Positions 1-11,200 of a DNA stretch of 64,000 nucleotides are shown here, piece after piece. Numbering within the stretch: the first letter of the stretch is position 1; every line of letters begins with the position of its first letter. Origin of the DNA: Deltaproteobacteria bacterium (GTDB taxonomy: Bacteria; Myxococcota; Myxococcia; Myxococcales; JAHFDP01); assembly GCA_023248955.1 (NCBI GenBank), contig JAHFDP010000004.1:17704-81703 (forward strand). Direction: 5' to 3'. Both the position numbers and the translations under genes were made by a program. The notes below the pieces were generated by a model. The model made no database searches. It was not told the origin of the DNA and saw only the letters and a program-made list of their open reading frames with translations.

Positions 1-117
1 GGAGGCGAGCGTCGCGGTGGTGAGCGGCGTCGGTTTGGCGCTACCATTGTTGCCCCAGCATCCCTGAATCAGTGCGCCAACGAGGAGGAGCGCGGTGCGC
101 TCGGAACCAGCGTGCAT
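1..117 (-). CDS. lipoprotein N-terminus (partial, runs off left edge)
   Basis: ATG at 117 on the minus strand opens MHAGSERTALLLVGALIQGCWGNNG, with a hydrophobic core and lipobox LIQGC. The frame stays open to position 1. No clear RBS. Confidence 0.3.
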   Translation of the reverse strand, partial: MHAGSERTALLLVGALIQGCWGNNGSAKPTPLTTATLAS

Positions 118-176
118 GGTGGAAGAATAGTGGCGCACGCGGGGGTTAAGTCAAACTTCTGCAAGGCCCAAGCGCT

Positions 177-3100
177 TTAGGGGGTATGCGTACCCGCGTT
201 CCCTGGATAAGAACCGCTCGTCCCGCCGGCCGCGGTGGGCGACGGCGACCCCGATCCCACACTCACGTAGACACGCCCGCCGCCGCCACCACCTGAGGCG
301 CTGTTGTTCGAGTTCCCGCCTTTGGCTGTGATGGTGCCGGCACCCGAATAAGCCCCAGAAACAATCAGCCAGACCGAACCGCCGGAGCCGCCACCAGACC
401 AGTCCGTCAACGCGTTTTGGCCGTCGGCAGAAATCCTCCCGCTGTTGCTTAGCGTTCCCGTCACGGTAAGCTTCAGCGCTCCTCCGCCGAGTCCACCCTC
501 GTAAACGGTCGAGGAGCCAATGGCTGGTGGATCGTTGAGCGTGGGAGAGCTGACACTCGTGCCGCCACCTGAACCGAGATCAATCGGCGATGATGAGGAT
601 CCGTAGGTTGCTGAGGAGCTCCCTCCGTTTGAACCGTTGCCACCGGTCCCGCCGTAGCTTCCGCCGGCCTGCCCGCCGCCCCCGGAGGTGACACCGCCTC
701 CCGGGCCAAGTCCTTCAAAAAAACCCTGCGCGTCGGCGTTGATACTGGACCCCGAAGCGACCGACACGTTGCCGCCGATTGAAAAGATTCCGCCCTTGCC
801 CGCCCAGGAACCGCTCACTTTCGCCGTCGTCTGGAATCCCAAGGCGACGAGATTGGAGTTTGCGGTGACGGTCAGGTCTCCGGAGGTGGTCAGCATGGTC
901 GAGGCGCTCCCGCCGATACCCAACGAAGCACCGTTGTTGATCGTCAGGCTGGCGATGCTGTTTTGGGTGACGTTCCAAGTCTGATCGCAAGAGACGGTTT
1001 GCGCTCCGGTTAGGGCGTTCGCCGTGCCCGACGCTGTGTCATCGACATAGCGCACGGTTCCGGCGGCCGCTGCTGTCGGGCCACCTTCCCGAATCACTCC
1101 CGCTGATGCCGTCGCATACCCCAGGTTGAAAACGGCGCAGGGCGAGCCGGCCAGCGCCGTGCTCGTATAATGAATAGCGACGCGTCCACCACCACCGGGC
1201 GCCCCTCCGTAGGGAGAGCTTACAAGCCCGCCGGTCGGGGTGCTTCCGCCATTCGCCGCGTAGGTTCCCGTTCCGGCAAGCGTTCCGGAAACGACGTAGA
1301 CCGACCCGCCAGCGCCCGCGCCATCCCAGCCAAACCCGATCGACCCGGTGTCGGCAGGCACGGCACCGTTGGCGCTAATGGTTCCATTGTTGGTCAACGT
1401 TCCTGTCACGGTCAGATTGATGAGCCCACCGCCTGCACCACCACCTGGGTTGTTGTAGGCGCAAGCTCCGCCCGATCCGAGCGCTGAGGGCGCAAGGATG
1501 TTCGCCGCTTCCCTGGAGTAGGTTAATCCCCCCCAACTGGCGGTGTCCGCATTGCCGCCCCTGCCTCCCACTCCCGCGTAGCCTCCACCGCCGGCGCTGT
1601 TGTTGCCGCCGCCGCTTCCGGTGTTTCCGCCTCCGGGTCCATTGCCGAAACCCGCAGTCGCCGAGCAGGAGCCGCTCCCGCCGGTCCCCCCGCCCGTGTA
1701 CCCCTGTCCATCGGCGTTAAGGGAGGATCCCGAGTCGATCTGCATCGTCACCCCGGTAATACTCGACCCAAGTCCAGACCAGGCTCCGCTTACCTTCGCC
1801 GTATTCTGGGTGCTCTGCATTTTGACGGTCGAGTTTGCCGTGATCAGAAAAGTCCCGGTCGAGCTCACCGTCGAATTGCCACCGATGGTCAACGTCGCGC
1901 CGCTGTTCACGGTAATGTTTCGGTAGGAGTTGGTGCTACCGGAGGCCCAGGTCGTGTTGGTTGAAATCGTGACGTCGGGGACCACCGTAAATGTCTGCGC
2001 GCCGCTCGTTCCGCCGCCCGGCGCCGGCGTATTTACCGTCACGCTTTGGGCGCCACCCGGGCTCAAGAGATCCGACGCCGGAATCGCTGCGGTCAGTTGG
2101 GTTGCGCTCACATAGGTGGTGGTTCGCGCAGCGCCGTTCCAATTGACCGTTGACGCGGCGAAGAAATTCGTTCCGTTGACCGTCAGCGTAAAGGCCGATC
2201 CATTCATCGCTGTCGACGTCGGACTGACGCTGGTCGTTGTCGGCGCCGGATAGATCTCCCCGAAAAAGACGTTCCCTGAAAGGTTTTTCGTGGTATCCTT
2301 GATGTAGTTCTGCGGGCTCGAGGTATAAACCCCCCGCGATACCCAGCCGCCGGGCTTTACCCGCTGGTTGAAGGCCCAGGCCGCGCCTGAGTTTGGGTCG
2401 TTTGCTGGCGTATAGTAAACATACGCCGAAATTCCCACTGCCGACTTGAAGGTCACTGCGTAGTTGTTACCCACCGTGAGCGCCGTGCCCGGCGTCATGG
2501 GAATCAGCACGCGGTACTTCGTGCCCGTCAGCGGCATCGCTACCGACGCGTCCACTGTGCCTGATGAAAAGGCATTTCCCGCTCCCTGATCGCTGATGGC
2601 GCCGGTTCCAGTGAGGCTATGGATCTCGGCGGTGATCAGTTGCCCGGCGCTTCCAGATACACGCTCCATGTCAAACGCAACGCCGGTAACCATCCCCTGG
2701 GTGTCGCCGCCAACGGGAGCGGAAGCCAAGAACGTCTGCGCGGCCTTGGCGAGTTTGCGCGCGCTGCTGGAAACCTCAAAACTTGCTAGGGTGTACACGC
2801 CATTGCTGCCTCCACCGTTGCTGAAGGCGTAGATGCCCTTGGAAACCGTAACGCTTGCGGTTCCTGTTGTGTTGCTAGCACCTGTGTCGGTGACGGTTAC
2901 GGTATCGGTAGCGCCAGAAGAGCCGGGCGCGCCGGCGGTGTAGAGCCCCGCGCTGCTAATGGTACCGCCCGAGTTGTTCGTGGTGATGGCCCAGGTATAG
3001 GGGCCGGTGCCCGTCGGCGTGAACGTCTGCGTCGCGCCCTGCGCCAAGGTAACGTTAGCGGGCGACAGCGTCGGATTGACGGCAGAGCGGATGGTGCCGA

Positions 3101-3206
3101 AATGGACGCCGGGATGAACGGGCACCGCGCCCTCGCATCCCAATCCAGCCGCCAACACCAATCCAACGAACAGTGGAACCGATTTCCCGCAACAGAGAGG
3201 TGACAT
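177..3206 (-). CDS. secreted lipoprotein with Big_2-like and IPT/TIG units and two Gly-rich beta-helix-like modules
   Basis: 1009-aa ORF with lipobox VLAAGLGC. One IPT/TIG unit (VSPTSTAMNGSAFTLTVNGTNF...NTPAPGGGTS). Two modules of the form ADGQGY.GG...GGGAGG...GGGGRV are homologous to the C-terminus of 15961..21645. Confidence 0.8.
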   Translation of the reverse strand: MSPLCCGKSVPLFVGLVLAAGLGCEGAVPVHPGVHFGTIRSAVNPTLSPANVTLAQGATQTFTPTGTGPYTWAITTNNSGGTISSAGLYTAGAPGSSGATDTVTVTDTGASNTTGTASVTVSKGIYAFSNGGGSNGVYTLASFEVSSSARKLAKAAQTFLASAPVGGDTQGMVTGVAFDMERVSGSAGQLITAEIHSLTGTGAISDQGAGNAFSSGTVDASVAMPLTGTKYRVLIPMTPGTALTVGNNYAVTFKSAVGISAYVYYTPANDPNSGAAWAFNQRVKPGGWVSRGVYTSSPQNYIKDTTKNLSGNVFFGEIYPAPTTTSVSPTSTAMNGSAFTLTVNGTNFFAASTVNWNGAARTTTYVSATQLTAAIPASDLLSPGGAQSVTVNTPAPGGGTSGAQTFTVVPDVTISTNTTWASGSTNSYRNITVNSGATLTIGGNSTVSSTGTFLITANSTVKMQSTQNTAKVSGAWSGLGSSITGVTMQIDSGSSLNADGQGYTGGGTGGSGSCSATAGFGNGPGGGNTGSGGGNNSAGGGGYAGVGGRGGNADTASWGGLTYSREAANILAPSALGSGGACAYNNPGGGAGGGLINLTVTGTLTNNGTISANGAVPADTGSIGFGWDGAGAGGSVYVVSGTLAGTGTYAANGGSTPTGGLVSSPYGGAPGGGGRVAIHYTSTALAGSPCAVFNLGYATASAGVIREGGPTAAAAGTVRYVDDTASGTANALTGAQTVSCDQTWNVTQNSIASLTINNGASLGIGGSASTMLTTSGDLTVTANSNLVALGFQTTAKVSGSWAGKGGIFSIGGNVSVASGSSINADAQGFFEGLGPGGGVTSGGGGQAGGSYGGTGGNGSNGGSSSATYGSSSSPIDLGSGGGTSVSSPTLNDPPAIGSSTVYEGGLGGGALKLTVTGTLSNSGRISADGQNALTDWSGGGSGGSVWLIVSGAYSGAGTITAKGGNSNNSASGGGGGGRVYVSVGSGSPSPTAAGGTSGSYPGNAGTHTP

Positions 3207-3236
3207 CCCCTGATTTTATACCTAACAGCCCAAGGT

Positions 3237-4499
3237 TCAAAATTGGATATCAGAGGGAACGGGGTGGTCAACTGTGGTGTTGTCCCCCAGTTGACCGAAA
3301 GCGTTTGAACCCCAGCACCTAACGTCTCCTTGGCTGGTAACAGCGCAGGAGTGTGCGCTACCGGCAGCGATCGCCGTTGCTGCGGTAACTCCGACTGCCG
3401 CCACTGGGATGAAGCTATTCGCCGTGGAGTTATCTCCAAGCTGTCCGCTCTCGTTTGCGCCCCAGCAACGGACCCTGCCACCCACTAGGACGCAGGCGTG
3501 GCTTGCCCCCATCACCAGCGCTGTTACCCCGGAGGTTAGCTCTGCGACGTCGACCGGAACGGCGCTTGGCGTGGTGGTGTTGTTGCCGAGTTCGCCCGCG
3601 CGATTTTCACCCCAACATTCGACGCCACGCGTGGTTGTCGCACAAGCCCGGTGGGATCCGAGCGGACTCATTGCCATGGCGGTGACGCCCGACAACAAAC
3701 CAACGACATCGACCGGAACGGCGCTGCGAAGCGAGCTGTTGTTGCCCAGCTGTCCAAAGCCGTTTTCGCCCCAACACTTCGCGCCACCGTTCGCCACCGC
3801 ACAGCTGTTCCACTCCCCCGCGGCCACCGAGGTGACCAAAGCGAGGCCCACGACATCGACGGGCACGTCGCGCTCCTGAGGTGTTCCGGGAGGAAAGTCA
3901 GCACCGCTGGTGCCATCGCCGATCTGGCCATCGTGATTGAAGCCCCAACATTTGACACCGCCGACGCTGGTAGTTGCACAGGTGTGGTTCTCGCCAGCGC
4001 TAATTTCCGTTGCTCCTGATAACCCAAGCAGCGAGACCGGCACGGCGTGGTCGGCCGTGGTGCTGTCGCCAAGCTTACCGGAGTCGCCCGCGCCCCAGCA
4101 CAACAGCACCGACCCTTTTATCGCACAGGTGTGATTGTCGCCCGTTGCTACAGCGATGACGCCGGCGGTGAGGCCAATTACGTCGACCGGAAGATGGCGA
4201 TCGGTCGTGCTGTTGTCACCAAGCTGACCGCGGTCGTTGAGCCCCCAGCACATCATACCGCCACCCGCGGTCAACCCGCAGGTGTGGCTGCCGCCCGCAT
4301 AGACCGCCCTGAACTTCGGCGGCGGCAATGGTCCGCTGTCCGGCAACCCCGCATCGTTGATGTCGTTAGGGTGGACGACACCTCCGTCTGAAGTGTCGCC
4401 GCCATCGCCTGATGAGGGCACATCGTGCTTCGCGTCAGGCTGGCAACCAAGAAGCGCCGCAACGACCAGACCGGATCGCAGAAATTTTTTTCTGATCAT
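3237..4499 (-). CDS. RCC1-repeat beta-propeller lipoprotein
   Basis: 420-aa ORF with lipobox AALLGC. About seven repeats of the RCC1 signature (CWG.N..GQLGD.T). Confidence 0.85.
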   Translation of the reverse strand: MIRKKFLRSGLVVAALLGCQPDAKHDVPSSGDGGDTSDGGVVHPNDINDAGLPDSGPLPPPKFRAVYAGGSHTCGLTAGGGMMCWGLNDRGQLGDNSTTDRHLPVDVIGLTAGVIAVATGDNHTCAIKGSVLLCWGAGDSGKLGDSTTADHAVPVSLLGLSGATEISAGENHTCATTSVGGVKCWGFNHDGQIGDGTSGADFPPGTPQERDVPVDVVGLALVTSVAAGEWNSCAVANGGAKCWGENGFGQLGNNSSLRSAVPVDVVGLLSGVTAMAMSPLGSHRACATTTRGVECWGENRAGELGNNTTTPSAVPVDVAELTSGVTALVMGASHACVLVGGRVRCWGANESGQLGDNSTANSFIPVAAVGVTAATAIAAGSAHSCAVTSQGDVRCWGSNAFGQLGDNTTVDHPVPSDIQF

Positions 4500-4736
4500 T
4501 CTCGCGAGTGTATCGCAAGATGACGCGGCTGAGATCGCACACGTACACGTCGGGTTGAACTATAAATACATTCAATAGCTTGTATTGGCTATACAACAGG
4601 ACACGTGTGCCGGTGGAGACAAGCTGCGTCACCTGTTCCAACAACCGGAATAATGGAGAACCAAAAGTCGACGGATTCATTTCGCGAGGTATAGAAGGTT
4701 CCCGTCCCAGTCGGACCAAGGCGCGGGGTCTACTCT

Positions 4737-7700
4737 TTACTTTGGCGTCGCTGGCATAAAGTCGCACGCCTGCTTGACACCCGACCTGGTCAAGTCGATC
4801 TCCGCGGCCAAACACCGGTCGTGCAGGATCTCCTTTCCGCGTGTGGAGAAGTAGCGGGCGACCATGTTGACGAGATAGTTGTTCATATCGAACGGGGCGG
4901 TGACGTTGGGAATGTCGAAGCCATGCTCGCCTTGCGTGCTCAGGTAGGGGAGTGACAACGCGCCTACGCCGCAGTTTAGGAAGGTCGCGGCTTGTGCATC
5001 GGTGCAGGTCTTGCGTTCGAGCTGTTTGCGCAGCGGAGGCGACAGGCGCGGCGCACCGAAGCCGTCGAAGCAGTCGGTGCCGTCGTCAGCGCACGAGTAG
5101 CCGGTCGGATCCAGCAGGGGATAGATCGTGGCTCCGTTGATAACAACCTTGTCGCAATGCGAGTTGGCACTGCACAACACGTCGCTAAATTTTGGCGCTC
5201 CGCCGGCGTAGCCCGGTTGGTTGGGTGCAAAGCGGGGCAGCCTGGAAAGGCCCTCGACAACATGGTGGCTGATGAGAATCTGGTTCGTGGCGTCGTCGAT
5301 TACACCGGCGGCGCGGGCCATCTCGATGCCGGTGTTCACAGGCACGTTCATGTCGCCGACGGTGGCCATCACCATGACGTTGGCCGGCCGACCAGCGCGC
5401 GCGGGCAGAAGATTTTGAAAATAGTGCGGAGCATAGGATCCGGGATCGCCCGGCTCGAGAATCATCTGCGCGAGGCTCATGAAGCGGCGAAAATCCGGAG
5501 ACTGCCGCTGCAGGCCAAACCCGCGTGCCACCGAAATGAGCGGCGACCCAACCGGAAATTCACGCCCCATGAACGTCGGTGGTTTCTGCAGCGCAGCGGA
5601 ATCGAATTCGAAATCCATAAACTGGTTGATGACCTGTTTCGGAGACGAGGAGGTCGAGCAGTCACTCGCATCGGCGTTGGGCGTGCAGACGGTGATGCGG
5701 ATGCTGTCGCCTTCGCGAAAATGGCCTGGGGTCAAGTCCCAAATGCCTTTTTCGTGCTTAGGGTCCTTGCTGTAATCGATCTTGTAGACGGGCCCATCCG
5801 CCGGAATGGGAATGCGGATATTGAGTCTAGGCCCCGCCACCTGCACGCGCGTCTGGCCGTTGGTCAGGTTCTCCACTTTGACCAGATCGCCAGGCGCCAC
5901 GTTCATGTGGTCCTTGCGCGCAATAAGCATGGTGTGTTGCCCGTTGACGAGCTGCGCATCCCAAGCCAACGCGTCGTGTACAGGATCCCCGTCGGCACAT
6001 TTCCCGTTGGTGGTGTCCCATTTGCACGAAAGAATGAAGGGCCCCATCACCTCGAGAAACACCGCCTCGACTACGCCGCCCTGAATGCTGCGGATACCGA
6101 TGTCGCCCAACCCCGCGCCGCCGGAGACAGGCACTGCCGCGGAGATGGCAGGCTCGATCGCGGGCAGGAGGCCCGAGACAATTCCGCCCAGCGAAATACC
6201 CCAGACGAAAAAGTCGCTGGCGGGATTGTGGGTTCCGTCGGGGAGCAGATCGGGACCGCTGACGTCGACGATACCATCCCCGTTGAAGTCGCCGGCCGCC
6301 GTGGTTTTTGCTGGATCGAGCGCCGAAGGCATCTGCACTTTGCCGTCAAACGTGTGAAAAACCCGAATGAGCTGCATCCAGTCGACGATGGACTGACGGA
6401 CCACGTCGCGTGTGTGGAAAGTATCGGCGGTCCAGAAGTCGCCGCCGGGGTTGACAAACCCGTCGTTGTCGAGGTCGCGCGCACGTCCGAGCGCAAGTGC
6501 GTCACCTAGCGGCGCCAGGCCGAGGTTGGGAAATTGGGCCTGAATGGTTTGGCGCGTCAAGGCGTCAATGCCGTGCCCAAAGGAGTCGATTCCGACCCAA
6601 GCAATACCTTGGCGTGCCATCGCGCCTGCGAAAGCCAGGCCTTCGGAGCGGTTGCCCGTGTAGCCGTGGCCATAAATCGAAACCGGAAAGGGCGGTTTGA
6701 ATTTTTCGGTGGTCTTGGGAATCGTCATCCAATAATAGACTTTTTGAGTGGGGATCGTCTTCACCCCGTTGACCGTACCGGCCATCCGATCAACGTGAAA
6801 GATGGCGTCGTAGGTCGGCGACGAGTCCAAGAAGTTGGGCGTGTCGTAGCTTCCCATCACGAAGTAGTCGACGAACTTGAGCTCGTTCACCAGCCCGCCG
6901 AAACGTCCCGCGCAAGAGGGGTCGGCGATGGGATCGCACTGGAAATAGAGGGAGGCTAATTTAGTGAGCGCCGAGCGCGCCTGGTCGCCGGTTAAGATGT
7001 AAGTGTTGGGCTGTGTGGGAGATGCCTCCACCTGCGGCAAGAGTTTCATCGTCGACTGAAGAACGCCATCTTCGATGGCGGTCACCGGCACCGCATCCGC
7101 TAACCAAGAGAGCGTGCCGCGGCCGTAGAGGCCTTCACGAATCGCTTCCAGATCCGCGGTGGTCGATTGCGTGGTGAAGCTCCAGGTGAAGCGAACGTGC
7201 GACAGATCGATGCCCGCGGGAAGATGGCTTGGCAGCGTGCGCAGTGCCGGTGTCTGTGCCGCGTGGTTGATGCCGGGGAAGGGTGAATCGACAGCTTTTC
7301 CCGAAGGCCCCATGAGCTGGTCGGTCAGAATAATCGCGTAGCTGGTCTGCTGGTCGAGTGGACGCACCGGCCGAATGAGCAGCGTGTTGGTGGCGCGTTC
7401 CCAGAAAGTCATCAGATCGTCGTACATTTGCGGCGCGGTGTGTGTGGCTTCCCAGTTGGGATCGACCTCGTGAATGAAGTTTGGCTGGCCGCCCTTGGTT
7501 CCGAAGAGAATGTTCGACTGATCGAAGAGGGGATCGTTCGGAAAATAGTTGTCGGTTTTGGGGAGCCCGACGGGAAAGTTCCCGCCGTTGAAGTCAAGCG
7601 CTACCCGCTCGCCCGTCCGCAGATTGATAAGGTAGACGCCATCGTTAACCGGATTGGTGTCATTTTGGACGGCGTAGAGATGCTGGTAGTCGATCGGCGT

Positions 7701-8015
7701 ATCGAAGTTCACCGAGATCGGCGACAACGTGCCCCACCCGTCCAGGGTGTCCATGTTGGCGCGCACGTTTCGCTCCAGCAGAGTCGGTGCGGCCAGCGAA
7801 GCGTTGACGCGCAGACCCGTTGGCGATCCCGGATCGGGCCGCGTGGCGATGTCGTTCGGAAACGGCACGGTGGGAAGCGGTCGCGTGGTTAGATCGAAGA
7901 GAATGCGCGGTCCGCCCGCGGGGACAGCCGGCGCGAGCGCAGCGAGTTGGTCGCCTCCACAACCGGCGAGGGGCATCAAAACGGCGAGCATCAAAACGGC
8001 GAGTGAACGATGCAT
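4737..8015 (-). CDS. large secreted alpha/beta-hydrolase-like lipoprotein (lipase/esterase-like)
   Basis: 1092-aa ORF with signal and lipobox MPLAGCGG. Motifs GHGYTGNRSE and nucleophile elbow GISLGG (GxSxG), plus DxDxDG-type loops. GGGAGG RBS before the ATG. Function inferred from motifs only. Confidence 0.7.
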   Translation of the reverse strand: MHRSLAVLMLAVLMPLAGCGGDQLAALAPAVPAGGPRILFDLTTRPLPTVPFPNDIATRPDPGSPTGLRVNASLAAPTLLERNVRANMDTLDGWGTLSPISVNFDTPIDYQHLYAVQNDTNPVNDGVYLINLRTGERVALDFNGGNFPVGLPKTDNYFPNDPLFDQSNILFGTKGGQPNFIHEVDPNWEATHTAPQMYDDLMTFWERATNTLLIRPVRPLDQQTSYAIILTDQLMGPSGKAVDSPFPGINHAAQTPALRTLPSHLPAGIDLSHVRFTWSFTTQSTTADLEAIREGLYGRGTLSWLADAVPVTAIEDGVLQSTMKLLPQVEASPTQPNTYILTGDQARSALTKLASLYFQCDPIADPSCAGRFGGLVNELKFVDYFVMGSYDTPNFLDSSPTYDAIFHVDRMAGTVNGVKTIPTQKVYYWMTIPKTTEKFKPPFPVSIYGHGYTGNRSEGLAFAGAMARQGIAWVGIDSFGHGIDALTRQTIQAQFPNLGLAPLGDALALGRARDLDNDGFVNPGGDFWTADTFHTRDVVRQSIVDWMQLIRVFHTFDGKVQMPSALDPAKTTAAGDFNGDGIVDVSGPDLLPDGTHNPASDFFVWGISLGGIVSGLLPAIEPAISAAVPVSGGAGLGDIGIRSIQGGVVEAVFLEVMGPFILSCKWDTTNGKCADGDPVHDALAWDAQLVNGQHTMLIARKDHMNVAPGDLVKVENLTNGQTRVQVAGPRLNIRIPIPADGPVYKIDYSKDPKHEKGIWDLTPGHFREGDSIRITVCTPNADASDCSTSSSPKQVINQFMDFEFDSAALQKPPTFMGREFPVGSPLISVARGFGLQRQSPDFRRFMSLAQMILEPGDPGSYAPHYFQNLLPARAGRPANVMVMATVGDMNVPVNTGIEMARAAGVIDDATNQILISHHVVEGLSRLPRFAPNQPGYAGGAPKFSDVLCSANSHCDKVVINGATIYPLLDPTGYSCADDGTDCFDGFGAPRLSPPLRKQLERKTCTDAQAATFLNCGVGALSLPYLSTQGEHGFDIPNVTAPFDMNNYLVNMVARYFSTRGKEILHDRCLAAEIDLTRSGVKQACDFMPATPK

Positions 8016-8127
8016 GGGGCCTCCCGACTTTTGGGTGCGTTAGCTGTTGCGCCGACCTTGAACGATGTTTGGTAGCGCACTCTGGCGAGTGTGTCTAGAG
8101 TGTGTCCCAAAATTGAAAAGCGCCATT

Positions 8128-8163
8128 CTGTGAGCCTGTGAAAAATTCATTTTTCGCTCACAG
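8128..8163. promoter_or_regulatory. nested palindrome upstream of the hydrolase gene
   Basis: ctgtgagc...gctcacag (8-bp arms) encloses gaaaaat..atttttc (7-bp arms) in an AT-rich patch about 115-150 bp upstream of the 8015 start codon. Confidence 0.35.
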
Positions 8164-8241
8164 CGACGCGGCGAAAGCTGCGGCGGCGGGTGGGGTGAAT
8201 GCGCCGATTCACTCGGCGCAGAGGGGCGGGCGGCGGCCCGA

Positions 8242-8287
8242 CCCTTCAAAACACAGAGGTTGTGAGGATTTTTCACAACCTCTGTGT
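8242..8287 (-). terminator. intrinsic terminator of RHS gene 1
   Basis: Perfect 14-bp stem (acacagaggttgtg / cacaacctctgtgt) starts directly at the stop codon. On the minus strand it is followed by TTTTGAAGG. Confidence 0.75.
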
Positions 8288-11200
8288 CATTTACCGCGCG
8301 CGTCAACGGGATTGTGCGAGCCACCACCGATTGCTACTCGGAGTGCCTCAGTGACCGGGTTGTGCTGAGGGTCGGCATTCGGGGAGTAGTGGCCGTTAAC
8401 GTCTAGATGGTTCAGCAAGAGTTGATCGATCAGCGTACCACCCGCCACTCCGGCTAGAACAGCGCCAGCGATCCCAACGGGTGCGGCGGCAATCAGGTCT
8501 ACAACGCCCGCTGCTGATGTTGAAACCGAGGTTGTGGTTGTGCCGACGATCGTGGTTTCCCCCGCCACACCCCATGTTAGTCTTCCAATCGTTTCTACTG
8601 CGGGCACTGCGGCGAAGGTCGTCGTTGTTACCTCGGTTGTGACAACAAACGGGGGCAGTGCAGCATCAGCAATCATCGCGTTGATGCCAAGCGCAGTAGC
8701 TGCTCCCGAGCCAACGGCCAACTCAAACTCGTCGGTCTCTTTTTGAACCAGTTTTTCGTAGTCCACCTTCAGCCCGAACCTATCCAAGTGATTCACAGGA
8801 TCCCCCCGAGCATACTCGTATAAATTGGTGCTCCCGCCGCCGAAGAGGATCGGATCCTTCGCGGTCCACCTTCCGGTCTCGGCATCATAATCGCGTGCGC
8901 CGAAGTGAACGAGCTTGGTATCTGCGTCATAGATCCCGCTCGCGAATCCAAATGGCTGAAAGCCGGGATTGGTATCGGAAAGAATGTTGCCTAATTCGTC
9001 ATAATCGATCTGCTGCGCAACCGTTCCGTCCGAGGCATCGATGACGAGACGCACGCTGCCAACCTGGTCAGAGAGCATCCGGAACGTTTTGCCGTCCCGA
9101 ACGATGTGGTCCGGAGCGGCGGACGTTCCGTAGACAAATCGGCTGACGATTGCACCGTTCGCGTCGAGCTCTGCCACGATACGCAGCGGGCCGCTGTACA
9201 GGAAGCCACGCTGGAGCGTTCCGCTACGCTTCTTTCCGATCCGGCGCCCGATCGCATCGACGACGTAATCGATCTTCGTGCCGTCTGGGAGCGCCACGCT
9301 TTTGAGATTGCTGCGTGCGTCGTAGGTGTAGGTCGTGAGCTGGCCGCCCACGCTCTTCGTCGAAAGTTCGCCGTTGGCGCTGTAGGTGTACGTATTGGAT
9401 CCATATTGAATCAGCCGATCCTGATCGTCGTAATCCGCACCAACCGTTGTGCCGGACGCGGTTGTGCAGGGGTTGAGCCTCGGACAGCGATTGCCATTGG
9501 CGTCGTATGTAGACGTCGCCTGAGCCGCCCCTTTCGTGGCCTGCGTCAGCCGCCCAACGGCGTCGTACGCATAGGCGTAGGACGTGCTCGTTCCAGAAAT
9601 CGTCTCCGTCTTGGACGTGATCCGCCCCAGCGCGTCGCGTGTGTCGTAGGAGACCGTATAGACGGGCTTGCCTGAGACGGTCGCCGTAACCTTCGACTTC
9701 TCGCCAAATCCGTTTCTCGTCACCTGCGTCACCGTGTTGGAAATCGCGGTCCCGGCGAGGAGCCCCGTTTGTGGATCAGGGACGATCGTCATCGCGCCGG
9801 TGGCTACGAGCAGGTCGTCCTTATCATGCACAAAGGTCACGCTCGATCCATTTACGCTCTCTGTTTGAATCCGCTGGCTGTTGTCGTAGCTCCACTGGAC
9901 GCTGCCTGTGACCGACCCGCCGCTCCAACTCTCCGACAACGGAAGGCTGCCGTCGAACTGGTAGGAGATCAGCCCTGCGGCGCTCGAGAGCGTGGCCAAT
10001 CGACCGGTGCTCGCGTTGTAGGTGAATCCGATGGTTTCGCCCGGAAAGCGCGTGCTCGAAAAGCGCCCGGTGCCGTCGTACGCGATGCTGACGGTAACCG
10101 CATCGGGTCTCGTTACGAGCGTCGGACGACCATCTTTGTCGTATGCAAACGTGGTCGGCCCTGTCCCCGTCACCGCCGGCGGTGTGAAGGAGGTCATGCG
10201 ATTGTTGACGTCGTACGCGAAGGTGGAGGCCGGTCGCCCCGGTGGCGTGAGCGCGAGAAGATTTCCATTCGCGTCGTAGGCCATCTTCGTGACTTGACCA
10301 TCTGGGCGCTTGGTCTGCGTCGTGCGGCCAGCGCCGTCGAAAGTCACTGTCACCGTCTGCCCGGCTGGATCGGTCAAGCTCGCGGGAAATCCGTCTTTGC
10401 CATAGGCGATACTGGCCGTGCGCGCACCCGTCCCGCTGCCAACGGATACGCTGCTGGTTCTGCCCTGCGGGTCGCGTTTCGTCGTCGTGGCGAAGAGATT
10501 TCCAAGCTGCGTTTGCAACGTCCGGCCGAATTGGTCGAGGGTAACGACGCTCCTACGACCTTCCGGGCTTATAGTGCTTCTCGTCAAGCTTGCCGCATCG
10601 AACGTTACCTTCGCGGTGCGTCCGTCGATCGTGATCGCGTCGACTTCGCTGGCAAGGCTCAGCGGATTCTTGGGATCAGAGAGCGTCACGGTGCGCGCGA
10701 TCTGGCATGTGGTTTTCAACCCTTTCGGTGTGATCACCGTGCTGGATAACGGCAGCGGAACCTGCATTCCGAATCTCGGATCCGGTGTAGGAACCACCGT
10801 TTTAAGCACGCCATCGGCGAAGGAGGTCGACTCCTGGCCGTTCGCCAAGAAGCTGATCACCTCGCGCGTCTGGTCGGCGTAGGTCGTGGTGCGAAAGCTG
10901 TCGCCGCTCAAACTCGTTTCGACGCGGTAGTCGGAAGCCACGTTTTCCGCCGAGGTCTGGTGCAGGCTGAAGCTGTTGAACTCCGACGGGATGTCCGTGC
11001 GCACCCAGGTCTTCGAGGCGCCGGCGGCATCGGTTCCCGAGATCGGGCGCCCTTGGCTGTCGTAGCCGTATTTGCGAACGTTGCCTTTGGGATCGGTGAT
11101 GCTCGTGAGGAGCCCCTGTGTCGACGACAGCTTCGTCGTCTCCGCGGCGGGATTGGTCACGCTCGCCAAAAAGCCATCTTGGTCGAGGGCGAGCGTGGTC

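Noticed and set aside
4992-6509. 505-aa plus-strand ORF (and many other 60-300-aa ORFs) overlapping the 4737..8015 hydrolase gene
   Set aside because: It is antisense to a much longer ORF that has clear signal peptide and catalytic motifs. Its composition is Arg/Gly/Ala-rich, as expected for an out-of-frame read of GC-rich coding DNA.
8016-8286. Possible small immunity gene downstream of RHS1 (tail of ORF 8040..8327; a 38-aa MNFSQAHRMALF... frame)
   Set aside because: It lies beyond a strong terminator and has no RBS. It is very short, overlaps a promoter-like AT-rich palindrome region of the next gene, and its composition is not protein-like.
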